Of a stretch of 64,000 nucleotides of DNA, positions 38,090 to 49,698 are shown piece after piece. The translations under genes were made by a program, and so were the position numbers. Below the pieces are notes generated by a model. That model had not been told where the DNA came from, made no database searches, and worked only from the letters and a program-made list of their open reading frames with translations. Each line of letters begins with the position of its first letter. The first letter of the stretch is position 1. The DNA is from Octopus sinensis (taxonomy: Eukaryota), in contig NC_043014.1 of NCBI RefSeq assembly GCF_006345805.1, positions 12,586,001-12,650,000 on the forward strand, given 5' to 3'.

Positions 38090-38410
38090 CACTAGTATTA
38101 CCCTTACAGCTTATCTGAAGAAATGACTGGTGGAACTATCAAACACTTTTTCCAACTCCATGATTTAAAAAAAAACAAGAATACCAGTTTGTTATTAGCC
38201 AAGTACTTCTGCAGTTACCTCACCTAGAAGATTGCATCTGTGATGCCTTTTCCAGGCATGAAACCAATTTGCATCTCATCTAGATCTACTGTCACAAATC
38301 ATTTGTGCTATGATTCTCTCTATGACCTTCATAGCCTGATCCAGTTGTTTGTTTCCTCTATAGATGATTCTCTTTAAGGCATTGCCTTTCCTTTTGTAGC
38401 AGTTTAAAAT
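38090..38410 (-). mobile_element. old RTE RT fragment
   Basis: Minus strand VDLDEMQIGFMPGKGITDAIF*VR matches VSLDEMQFGFVPGKSTTDAIFLVR in the 61950 element. Confidence 0.75.
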
Positions 38411-39392
38411 TATACTTCTATCTCAATCATTAGATATCTCACACATACACAGTTTCATTTTTATGTGTGTGTGTAGATGGATGGATATTCATATGCATAA
38501 ATTCAAAATGGTTATTCTTACTTTATTGGGTGAAGGTGCATCTTTCTTTTCCATTTCTGATCTCTCAATCAAATCACTCTCAATGGTTTTTTTTTTTTTG
38601 CCTCTTCTATTGATTACTAAAATTCAAAATATGGTTCACGCTCTAGTAAACCTAGACCATATGTAATCTTGAATTTTTTAAAATATACCAGTTTTATTTT
38701 TAAAAAAAAAGACCTTCTGCTATAGCACTTGCCCTTTCATAATGCATATAAACTCCATGGTTTATCAGAACAACACATCAGCTTAATTACCTCTTTTCAT
38801 CACTGTTTTACCATCCTCTTTTCCATGCTGGCATGGATTGGATGGAGTTTATTGGGGAAGAATTTTCTACTGCTGGAGGCCCTTCATGTCATAAACCCTT
38901 GCCTGTTTGCAAGCAAGGTAATAATTCACCGTGGCCAGACATGTTCTTGCGGAATATTGGAAATGAATGACACTGCTTGTATGTAAGGGACTCTTATTTA
39001 CAACTACCACGTCAAGACCAGAGGACACAAATACACACACCTAAATTGAAGGAGTAGAAAAGGTAAAATCCAGGCTACATTTTTTTTTTTTTGTTAGGTG
39101 ATCCTTTGATGTAATAGTCACTCAATGAGGGATGCTCAACTTAGCTAATCATCAGGCTGAGAATACCTTAATTAAATGAAGGTTACATTGTTGCTTGGAA
39201 TTTCCAAGTTAACTCACTGCATTGTTCCTTATTGTACACTGTTCACTTTTTGTTCTTTTGTAAGCTTCAAGCAGTCCTGCCATGGACTGCTTGAAGCTTA
39301 CAGATTTCCGACACTTGGATCCCTGGATCTTACCCTTGTGTGTGTGTGTGTGTGTATGTATGTGGGTGTATGTGTGTATATGTTCTTATGTA

Positions 39393-40625
39393 CAGGGGTT
39401 AGACAAAATAATGGAAACACCTTAAAATTTCAAACAAATTACTGCCTTTGGCAGTAATTACAGCTTGAATTCTATGAGGTATGAACGTGTACAAAGTTTG
39501 AATTGTTTCCAAAGGAATTTTTGTCCATTCTTCAGCTAAAACAGTCTCCAGTTTTTGTAGTGATGATGATGGAGGATATCAACTCCTTACTTGTTTTTCT
39601 AAAATGCCCCATAAATGTTCAATAATATTGAAATCTGGGGACTGTGGTGGCCAGATAAGATGTTCAACTTCATTAGAATGTTCTGCATGCCATTCAGTAA
39701 CAGCTTTTGCTGTGTGAATTGGGACATTATCATCCTGAAAGATTGTGTTTCCCTCTGGAGACAGTTCTGCAACCATAGGATGAATTTGATCAGATAAAAT
39801 ACTTAAATAGTCTTGACTATTAATTCTGCCATGAAGGGAAACCATTGGACTAGCAGATTTCCAAGTTATAAACCCCCCAGATCATCACAGATCCTCCTCC
39901 ATGTTTAACAGTTGAAAGAAGGCAGTCTGGGTCAAATGCTTCCTTTGGCTGTCTCCACATGTATACTCGGCCGGTGGTCTGAAATAAGGTAAAGGATGAC
40001 TTGTCCGAGAAAATAACATTCTTCCACTGCTCTATGGACCAATTTTACTCCACTCTAAACGCTTTGCAACGTTTGTTTGAAAGTAGTGGTTTTCTGATTG
40101 CAGTCCTCCCATGAAATCTAGCTTTGTGCAGCTCCCGGTGAACAGTTTTTGTGGAAACTGGGTTCTTGAGGTGGTCATTAAGCTCTGCAGTAATTTGGGG
40201 AGCTGTACTTTTATGATGCTTTCTAGCTATTCGTGTAAGAGTCCGACGGTCCCTTTCTGAAAGTTTTGGTTTTCTTCTGGAGTTTTGTTTTGATGAGGTT
40301 TTTTCCCTCTTTCTCAAAGGCTGTCGTTACTTTCGAGACAATACTTCTTGATACACCAAACATTTCGGCTGTTTTCATTATGCTAGCGCCTGCCATACAA
40401 GTACCAACAATTTGACCTCTTTGAAAGTCTGATAGCTCTGTCATTTTAATGAATTTTAATTACCTTTTTCTGATGATATCTGAAAAGAAACAGCAATCTT
40501 AGCAAAACATATTAAGCAACACTAATAATAAATAAATAAATATACAAGCTTTTGATGGTTTTATAGATATTTCAAAATTATGATGCTATGATGCGAGGTG
40601 TTTTCATTATTTTGTCCAACCCCTG
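39393..40625 (-). mobile_element. full-length Tc1-type DNA transposon (1233 bp), DD36E transposase pseudogene
   Basis: 30-bp TIRs CAGGGGTTAGACAAAATAATGGAAACACCT / AGGTGTTTTCATTATTTTGTCCAACCCCTG (2 mismatches) with TA on both sides. ORF pieces 40223-40444, 40045-40317 and 39579-39845 give MTELSDFQRGQIVG..., FQDDNVPIH and WPPQSPDFNIIE. Confidence 0.92.
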
Positions 40626-40775
40626 TATGTGTATATGTGTATGCTTGTAATCAAACACTCTATTTAAGCAAAAAATAAACTCTAAATTCACAGTTTGAAG
40701 ACCAATTTCAAGCAAGAAACTTCGATCAGAGAACACCTTTTGTAAACATCAAATTATTAAAGTGGAAAAATTATC

Positions 40776-41323
40776 ATCAACAGATGATGCAGTACAACCA
40801 TTTGAAGAGGCTCCATGTAATTGAACAATGCAATCATTACATCAATTTACATGTAGGGCTGTCCTCAGCTGCATAAATGAATAAATAGAATTTTTTAATT
40901 AGTTGGACGCATATAATTTTATTCAAATGTTCTAATAGAGCAAGATTAGGGAAAGAGTCCATGTTGCCACTAATGTAGTTAAGAATATACTACACTTCTA
41001 AGAACTGTATGAAGTTTGTTGGGGGTCATAGCTTGTAAAGGATTGTGGTTCATTTTATTAGTCTTATTATCAAATCCACTACCAAATCCATTAACAAACT
41101 TAATGTAGTATATTCTTAGCTACATTAGTGGCAACATGGACATTTTCCATATTCTTACTCTATTAGAGCATTTGAGTAAAAATTATATTAATGTGTCTAA
41201 CTGATAAAAAAATTATATTTATTTAGGCAGCTGAGGATAGGCCTGCATTTAAACTGATGTAATGATTGCATTGTTCAATTAAACGGAGCTACTTGAAACA
41301 GTTGTACTGCATCACCTCTTGAT
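40776..41323. repeat. old foldback element with ~220-bp inverted arms (40776-40994 / 41104-41323)
   Basis: e.g. TGATGCAGTACAAC / GTTGTACTGCATCA, GTCCATGTTGCCACTAATGTAG / CTACATTAGTGGCAACATGGAC, CCTCAGCTGC / GCAGCTGAGG. Confidence 0.8.
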
Positions 41324-41420
41324 ATCCTGTTGCTTATTTTGATTTTATTCACCTTAATTTGAGTTGTACGGATAATACTGCACTTATCTGGTGCTTCAAC
41401 TTAAGTACCTAATTCAACTG

Positions 41421-41456
<36 letters not shown>

Positions 41457-43072
41457 AACGATGATGATGATACATACATACATATATGCACTTAACATTA
41501 ATTTTTTTAAATTAATCTTTAATTATGAATTGTTATTTCTTGTTTACTATTCTTTTATTCTTTTACTTGTTTCAGTCATTTGACTGCGGCCATGCTGGAG
41601 CACCGCCTTAAAGGGTTTTAGTCGAAGGAATCGACCCCAGGACTTATTCTTTGTAAGCCTAGTACTTATTCTATCGGTCTCTTTTGCCGAACTGCTAAGT
41701 TACGGGGGCATAAACACATCAACATTGAATGTTAGGTGAAGGTGGAGAAATGAACACAGACACAAAAACACACACATACACACACGACAGGTTTCCTTCA
41801 GTTTCCACTATCAAGACTTTGGTCTGCCCAAGGCTATAATAGAAGACACTTGCCCAAAGTGCCATGTTTATTCTTTTTGGTGTTATGTTTTGACTGTCTG
41901 ACTCCTTATACTAAATTTCTACCAATCATTTGGCTCCTTCACTATTCCTTTTCATCTAAACCTCTCTACATGTTTGTGTTTAACCCTTTCAATCAATTTA
42001 TCCTATTCTTTCTTTTATTTTTTCTTTCTATCTTCTTTCTTTACTTTTGCCTCTTTCTCTCTGGTCATTACTGTTTTCTTTGAAGCTACTCTGGAAATGC
42101 TCATCACAGTTCATTTCTGACCTCTTTATATCAGTGGTTCTGGCCCTTTTTTTATTATCCAGACCAGATCCAAAACCTCAATTTTTTTCTAAATCCCAAA
42201 AAGCAAAACACAAATCAATTAACCCTTTCGTTACTGTATTTATTTTGAGATGCTCTGTGAATCTTTCAAATTACTTTAAATATAACAAAGAATTTAGTAA
42301 AATAACTTAGTTATCATTAAGCTAGTGTTAGGAACATAAATTGGGACTAAGGTTTGGTGGAAGATTTTAATTCAAAACTTATGGAAACAAGACATTTGTA
42401 CTATAGAGCCAGAGCCGGTTTCAGCCAGGTTGGTAACGAAAGGGTTAAAGAAAAATTATATTTATAGAGGGAAGACTGTCAGGGGTTGCTGGAAGGATGC
42501 TTAAGTTAATATTCAACCCTGAGAGCCGCAGTTGAAAACCACTGCTCTATATGTAGATATTTAAATACTGTTTTTCTTTTATCAGCTAAACAACTGTTTG
42601 AGTATATAAATACTAATCAATAGGTTCAGCTTCAAAATTAACCCTTTAGCACTTAAACCAGCCATATCAAGCCAAAATATTCTGTTTCATGTTCAAACTG
42701 GCTGGATTTGGCCCCTCACACCTACCTTGCAAATATCATTCTAAAAATTAACTGCTACCTCATCAAAATCTCAGAGCTGTGGCATAATGCATGGTTAATT
42801 CAAAATAGTGTCAATAAATAAGCAATATATTTGATAGAATAACCTGAATGCTAAATGGTTAATCTTATGAAATGAGACCCCATATGCTTCCTAAAACTTT
42901 ATTTTATTTACATGTCCAAGTGGATGTTTCCTCACTACTTGACTATAGCCCCTACTACTTCCACCAAATTATTTGTATCAATATATATAAGTAAATTTAT
43001 CCCAGTTTCCTAGTATTAATTTATTCATTCTGTCATGAAGAAATGACTATAGGTTATATTTAATATATAGAG

Positions 43073-43216
43073 AATACCAAACGAGTTCCCTATGGATACC
43101 GTATTTATTACAACGATTGGCTTGTAAACGTATCTAACGAGCGAAAGCAAGTTAGATACGTTTACAAGCCACGAGTTGTAATAAATACAGTATCCATAGG
43201 GAATGAGTTTGGTATT
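43073..43216. repeat. 144-nt palindrome (66-nt arms) capped by GC-GAAA-GC
   Basis: Arms 43073-43138 and 43151-43216 pair with about 7 non-Watson-Crick positions. Confidence 0.9.
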
Positions 43217-43306
43217 TTATTTATTACACACGAATAAACGACCATATTTTATTAACCCAATAACTAAATTCTTCATGTTTAGTTGTAACTTATGAATGAC
43301 AAAAGT

Positions 43307-43468
43307 AGTGCCGTCACCGTGACCTCGGGTCATCACCATGGATTGACCAATCAGAAGCAGTGCTGTCACCGTGACCTCGGGTCATCACCATGGATTGACC
43401 AATCAGAAGCAGCGCTGTCACCGTGACCTCAGGTCATCACCATGGATTGACCAATCAGAAGCAGTGCT
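43307..43468. repeat. tandem repeat, 3.1 x 52 bp
   Basis: GTCACCGTGACCTCGGGTCATCACCATGGATTGACCAATCAGAAGCAGTGCT starting at 43313, 43365 and 43417. Confidence 0.95.
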
Positions 43469-43869
43469 CGCAGTATCTGACATATGTTAGATACCAAAAA
43501 TATCTCAAAGTGTTCTCACTCACATATGTGTAATAAGATTTGATATTACATAGCCATTGTTTATATTCATATTTTCCATCTTGTTAATTGATTATCCGAT
43601 CCATATGTTGTCGAAACAGTTGTAACCAAAGACTAATTGTGACACTAGTAACTTCTTTTTTTTTTTTTTTTACTTGTTATACATATGTATTTTTTATTTT
43701 ATTTTTTGTATTTTATTGGTTTCAACCAGAGGCTGTGCCATGCTGGGACATCATCATTAGGATGGTTGCATGTTTACTTCAAATTTACTTCCCAGCCCTT
43801 TCTCTGGAATTGGTTCTGGTGAAATTATGAGATAGACAAAGCTTTTCTTCTTCGCGTTTCTTGCTGCAG

Positions 43870-44410
43870 TGTGGGATCAGTTGTTATTTCAGATAAAAAT
43901 TGTCTAAACATTCTTAGAACACCTCCACATCTACATCTCGTAGATCTCTGAGGGTTTTCTGGCAGGGCCTTTGAACTCGAAACTGTTTCAGTATTACGTC
44001 CTTACTCTAGGTAGAAAGTGCTAAACCCTCCTGGGTCTTCCATGTATATCTTACTGCACATCCTTCACATCTTTGCTGTAGGTATTAGAGCCTCAGCTCC
44101 TTTATCCTCTCCCTGTAGCTCATCTGTTTCACTAATGCAGTCTTCTCAGTGTAGTAGTGTTGGATTAACAAGGTTTCTTTTTTTCATTGTTCTGAATGAT
44201 CTCAGAATCCAAGCAACCATTTGCCAGCACCTTGTTGCCTTCTTCACAATATGCATATAGAATGACGCCTCATCACTCATGTAGATTCCAAGGTAATGCA
44301 CCAACTGTGACTCTAGGATTGCAATACCCACTGGCTTTCTATATTCTGATTGCAATCTGTTTGTGGCTGATAGCTAAGTGCCTGAAAATTTTCAGCATTG
44401 AACTGCATGG
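43870..44410 (-). mobile_element. CR1/L2-like LINE C-terminal remnant
   Basis: HYLGIYMSDEASFYMHIVKKATRCWQMVAWILRSFRT (ORF 44146-44355), typical of the post-RT region of CR1/L2/Jockey-group LINEs. Confidence 0.65.
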
Positions 44411-44453
44411 TGTTTTCTTTAGCCTATTTATATATTGCACTCAGGTAGCTTTG

Positions 44454-44590
44454 TATTGGGTTGTCCAGAAAGTTCGTACCGATTTTTAAAGGAAAGAAAA
44501 AGGTCGATAAATACTTGCCATTACATTTTTAATCAACCAAATACGAACCATTTTGTTGCACAATGCATCTCCATCTTTCCTTTAACTTCT
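44454..44590 (-). mobile_element. mariner right-end remnant
   Basis: Minus strand LKERWRCIVQQNGSYLVD*, then a terminus-like sequence reading TATTGGGTTGTCCAGAAAGTTCG on the plus strand. Confidence 0.6.
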
Positions 44591-44799
44591 TGGAAATAGT
44601 ATTATTTGTGTTTTTGTTCTTTAAGCATTACATCCTTGAGATCACATAGAGATTATACTTAATTTTGTTCTTGGTTTAACATTCCTAAGATTATGTTGCC
44701 TTCAGGCTACCTGATATTTGGTCAAGTTGTATATGTGTGTGTGTATCTAAGAATATATATATATATATTGCTAATCAGTACTTCAGAATTCCCTTCTCA

Positions 44800-45720
44800 T
44801 GTGCCTGGACCTTCTGCATTACAAACCCTCTGTCCCTGGTATTGACATTGCTTTGACATTGCTCCAACTCTTACTGGTGTAAATTGTTTCATAGTCCATC
44901 TTTGATGGCTGACCCAAACAATCTCCACAGCTTCCTAGAGCTTTAATTTCCTGGTTTATGGTCTTGCTGGTGTGCCTGATTCACTCTTCCTCAGATTGTA
45001 GCAATGCACTACCACCTCTTGACTTGGTGGCTTTGAATTCTTCTAGCACTGGTAAGTGGAGCTTGGAGGTCTTACTGTAAGGGTTGAGCTGTAATTTGGG
45101 GAAATACTCAGCCATCTTCATATAAATTTATTGCACCAAGGAGGAAGTCATAAAGTAGGATAACCACTGCAGTTTAGATAGGATGTTGTACTGGAAGCAC
45201 CACACCTTAAACCGCTCAAGTAGCAGACTATTCCTGAGATGAGGAATTATTTACATTTGGCAGATAGGTATCCTCATCTTGTTTGTTGTTACCACGTTTC
45301 AGCCTTCATCAGGTGTCCTGGTGGAATTTCAAACCTGGGTTCTCATTCCTAAGGTATTTTTATGCTGATGATATTATTATCATAATTTATTCAAGTCACT
45401 GCTTGGAATTGAACTTGGAATCTTGGGGTTAGTAGCCTGTACTCTTAACCACTACGCCATATGTCCTGCATAATCTTGTAGATTGCAAGCCTTGTATATT
45501 CATCAGTTTCTTGGCCTCCTAACTATATTCTTCCCACCTCTAGTTGTAGGATCACGGCAGCTAGAAACAGGACCATGGTTATTGTGTGCCTTGCCATAAT
45601 ACCTTCCCGGGTCTGCCATTTGGTGGTGATATTTCCCTCAGCGAACCTCATCTTCAATGAATCCATATACAAAAGCAATAGTTTGACTAGTACTTGCTAG
45701 TACCCCAATGCACTTTGAAT
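44800..45720 (-). mobile_element. HERO/NeSL-like non-LTR retrotransposon remnant, interrupted at 45236-45466
   Basis: Minus-strand peptides KMRFAEGNITTKWQT, RFKVWCFQYNILSKLQW, RWLSI...KLHLPVLEEFKATK (cf. FTTxWQxLExGI; FKAWIYQHGILPRLLW; LQLPxxSLxEEFK). Confidence 0.65.
45236..45466 (-). mobile_element. tRNA-headed SINE-like element with (AAT)-rich linker and hammerhead-type 3' module (stem II deleted in this copy)
   Basis: A-box TGGCGTAGTGGT (45448-45459), B-box-like AAGTTCAATTCC (45405-45416), then AAAAATACCTTAGGAATGAGAACCCAGG...GACAC-CTGATGA-AGGCT-GAAAC; the 3' module is shared with 20-210. Confidence 0.7.
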
Positions 45721-45984
45721 TAGCTGGTAGGACACACATAAACAAGCTTTGACAAAATCTAACCATATTACTGAAAGAGAGTTGTTGTTCCTCTTCGTTT
45801 CCCTAATTATCTGGCAGACAGCTGATATATGCTCACAGTATCCAGAACGCCCTAGGACGCTCTCTTTTTGGAGTATTCATGTCTCATTTCCTCACCTCAA
45901 CAATGATGGACTAAAAAAAACTTCACCTCAACTTTTAAGGATCTCTCTCATTCTTAATACTGGTCCTGTTATGTATATATATAT

Positions 45985-46185
45985 AGGGAGAGTTTACGAA
46001 AAAAAAAAAAAAGACAAAGACAGGTGGTGTACAAAACAAACAGATGTATTAGTATAATGCTCAGGAATAGAAAAAGTCTTTTATGTTTCGAGCCTACGCT
46101 CTTCTACAGAAAGGTACACAAAAAAAACAAGGAGAGAAAAAAAATGTGTGTAGTGGCTAACGATCGATCATGGTTTTGTATATAT
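45985..46185 (-). mobile_element. Penelope-pLTR-like short repeat with variant hammerhead; deleted copy at about 26041-26160
   Basis: GGGAGAGTTTACGAAAAA...GACAGGTGGTGTACAAAAC in both copies; hammerhead-like motif at 46078-46113 only here. Confidence 0.6.
46078..46113 (-). ncRNA. putative minimal hammerhead, variant core CUGUAGA
   Basis: CUUU-CUGUAGA-A-GAGC-GUAG-GCUC-GAAA-CA-UA|AAAG: stem I 4 bp, stem II 4 bp with tetraloop. Confidence 0.45.
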
Positions 46186-48414
46186 ATATATATATATAAC
46201 CAGTGTATGCTGAAGGTATCCAGAGTACCCTAGGACTTCCCCTATTTGTGGTGTTCATATCTCATTTCAGTGTATTTGTTGGCAAATATATATATATGTG
46301 GTTATCTTTTGACAATGATGGACTAAAAAAAAAAATCTTTACCTCAATATTTAAGCATCTCTCTTGATATCGGTCCTGCTGTGTTGTGTGTGTGTGTGCA
46401 TATACATGCATACATATGTATGTATGGAGAAAAGTGTAGAGGAAGAAATTGTAAGAAAACATTATATACCTTTATCTTTACGTGCAGCACTTACATTTGA
46501 CCACTTTCTTTTATTCTTTTACTTGTTTCAGTCATTTCACTGTGGTCATGCTGGAGCACCACCTTGAAGGGTCTTTAATTGAACACATCAACCCCAGTGC
46601 TTTGTTTTTTTTTTAAACCTTGTATTTATTCTATTGGATCTCTCTCTCTCTCTCTGTATATGACTTGCTTCATCTACCATGTTCACTCACTAGATATTGG
46701 TCAAGCCAAGCGTTATAGTAGGTGACACTTTCCAAGATGCCATGGAACACCTTGTGGTTGCAAAGCCAGCTTAATCACACAGCCATGTCTCTGCACCTGT
46801 GTGTGTGTGTTTTTTTTGCTTCAGGAATGAAATGTAGAAGTGCAGTATTACAGATCTCAGATCACTTTTAAATATCTTTCATTAACAGGGAAAATATTTA
46901 AATTCAGCATATCGTATTTTTTAACTACGTCCAAATTCATTAGTTTTATTAATTGTATTTAAAAAAAAAATTTTTTTTTCCAAATATATTTCTGGGGGAT
47001 TAAAAAAAGCCTTGGTTTTTGTCTCTGTTACAAAATCATTGGTAGTTTAATTCTTTAGCATATCTGGCCCAAAATATTCTACCAGTTTCAAATTGACTGG
47101 ATCCAGCCCTCACACCTATCCTGAAATGCTGTTCTAAAAATAAGCAATCATACCACTGAAGTCTCAAGGCTGTGAGGTAATGCATGATTAATTCAAAACA
47201 ATGTGAATAAATAAGCATTAAATTTCACTGAGTAATCTGAACGCTAAAAGGTTTTAAAATAGATATTTGTAAAAATCAGATAACAATGCAGATTGATTAA
47301 CAAACATTTCCCCTCGGCTTTCAATAATGTTGTGTTTGTTTTTATAAAATATGCATTTGCTTCCCAGGACAATTGTTCAATTCATTGTAGGTCTTATTTT
47401 AATTTTCTAACTTTGAGAAAATTCAATGTCTTTAAAATAACCCAAAACCCAAGAAGATAATGTAGTGTGTTCTTGTTTGCCTTCTTCGACACTTGATCTA
47501 AGTACTTCATTACTCCTTTACTTGTTTCAGTCATTTGACTGTGGCCATGCTGGAGCACCGCCTTTTAGTCGAGCAAATTGACCCCAGGACTTATTCTTTG
47601 TAAGCCTAGTACTTATTCTATTGGTCTCCTTTGCTGAACCGCTAAATTACGAGGATGTAAACTGTTGAAGAATATAACTGTTGAAGAATATATCAAAACA
47701 CCATTAATCCTTTCATTAGCATATTTCTGTTGAAAATATATTGCTTTTGTTTCAATTAATTTTGAAAATAATGAAGAGTTTAGTCAAATATCTTTACCGT
47801 TATTAATCCAGTGGTAAGGTAGTGAGCTGGCAGAATCATTAGCATTTCAGGCAAAATGCATAGTGCTATTACATCTGTCCTTATGTTCTGAGTTCAAGTC
47901 CCACCAAGGTTGACTTTGCCTTCTGTCCGTTCAGGGTCGATAAAATAAGTACCACTGGAACACAGGGGTCAATGTAAACGACTTACCCCATCCCTCAAAC
48001 TTGCTGGCCTTGTGCCAAAATTTGAAATCATTATTATTAATCCAGTGGTTGGAACATGAATGAACATGAAATTTTGATGGGGAGACTTTACTGTAAATCA
48101 CTTCAAAACAGGAAGTTTGTGTCGTAAATAGAAGCAGTATCAGATGGGTTCATATCAGAAGGATAAAATAAGGCTGGGCAACGTTTCACACAGAGAAAGT
48201 AGTGCTTTTACAAAATTTCCTGTCGTGTCTTGCTGGCAGTTTGTGACAATCTTTTTTTTTATTGATCCTTTTGAGACACACAGTTTTGGTATGTGCAACC
48301 AAAAAGACCAAAATGTTTTTTTTTTGTTGAGATTGTAAATGATGGGTGCTTGTAGAAAACAAAAGGATAAAGTGTCTAAAACTACTTTATTAGTATGGGA
48401 AACTACGTATATTA

Positions 48415-48731
48415 TATAAGCCATTTAAGAAACACACAAAAACCGTTAGATTCACTTCAACATTTAAATTTAATTTGCCAAAATATTTTCATCGCTTTGA
48501 GACTGTGACCTCTTCACTGACAAAATTCCGTGTTGCATCTTATTTTGTCAATGAACAGGTTGCGGTTTCAAAGCGACAAAAATATTTTGGCAAATTAAAT
48601 TTAAATGTTGAAGTGAATCTAACAGTTTTTGTATGTTTCTTAAATGGCTTATAAACAACTTCCACGCTGCAATTGTTTCCGTTCCAGCACATGATCTCAG
48701 ATCAGGTCACTTGCTATGCAAGTACATCTCC
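48415..48731. mobile_element. long-TIR foldback element (internal ~110-bp arms; left end truncated)
   Basis: TAAGCCATTTAAGAAAC...TTAGATTCACTTCAACATTTAAATTTAATTTGCCAAAATATTTT and its reverse complement at 48560-48652. Confidence 0.8.
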
Positions 48732-49164
48732 GTATATTATATAGTTTTATATTTTATCTACTGAAAGATGTTTCATCGGGCTGATGGATCAGCCTCAGAG
48801 TCTTTTTAGCTTGTATCACTTGGGCTGATCAATTGGCCTGGGTGCCCCAAGAGGGTTAATTCAAATCCCTTTTGTATGTTACAAGAACTGTTAGATTGTT
48901 TATTGTCAAATGTTTCTCGTTTTCATATTCCAACCAAAATCAGTCTTTGGAAACTTAGATTCTTTTTCATTGAATTATTTCTTCAAATCTAGTAATATGT
49001 TTTTTTCAACCCTTTTTTTTTTCTGTTGATAAAATGTTATTTCTGCATAAAACAATGAATAGTGCAACTTATAAGGCACCCTGTCCATTGCAGACTATTG
49101 ATGTATGCAGCAGGCGAAAGTACATTGCTAATATGTAGATGTGACATGGCTTTTTAGAACAAAG

Positions 49165-49205
49165 ATGGAAAATAGGTTCAAAATTACTCAATCAACAATA
49201 GAAAG
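49165..49205 (+). CDS. USF3: bHLH transcription factor (USF3-like), first coding exon MENRFKITQSTIE(S)
   Basis: Acceptor TTTTTAG|49158, Kozak-like AAAGATGG, donor AAG|GTAAGT at 49205. Phase 2 matches exon 57138; an in-frame upstream stop lies at 49129. Confidence 0.6.
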
Positions 49206-49295
49206 GTAAGTGTGTGTACAGAGATTCTTTGCGAATTGAATTTATGTCTGAATTTATCAAAACATTTGATAAGTCATTTTGTGTTTGTCATTAAA

Positions 49296-49698
49296 CTAGC
49301 AGTATAGCCCAGCGTTGCTTGGGCTTGTTTTCTTTTCGACCCTTTAGAATTGGAATTTTTGAAAAGTAAAAATTTTGCATTATGCAGCTTGTCATTCTTT
49401 TTAAGTGAACATTTTTCTGGTTGAAATACACCGAAAAATAGCAACACAGCAGTCAAAAAGTCGTTAAAAAATAGGGATTTTCATAGAAAAAAAGCACCTT
49501 TTTGATGTAAATAATTTTTGGTCCTAACATGGTCCGATTTGAATTTTTTCTTCTACGGAAGGAAGAGCAACCCTTCTTCTATTATACTCTCAATTTTGGT
49601 CAACTTGCGCCGCAGGGTCTTGGAGGAGATAGTGTTAGTTGAAGGCTACCAAACCTGCCATACACAGACAACTTCAGCTTTATATATATATATATAGA
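49296..49698 (-). mobile_element. non-autonomous Helitron (~403 bp)
   Basis: Minus strand A|TCTATATAT...AAAAGCTGAAG 5' end; 3' hairpin GCCCA-AGCAACGC-TGGGC then CTAG|T; inserted between A and T without TSD. Confidence 0.8.
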
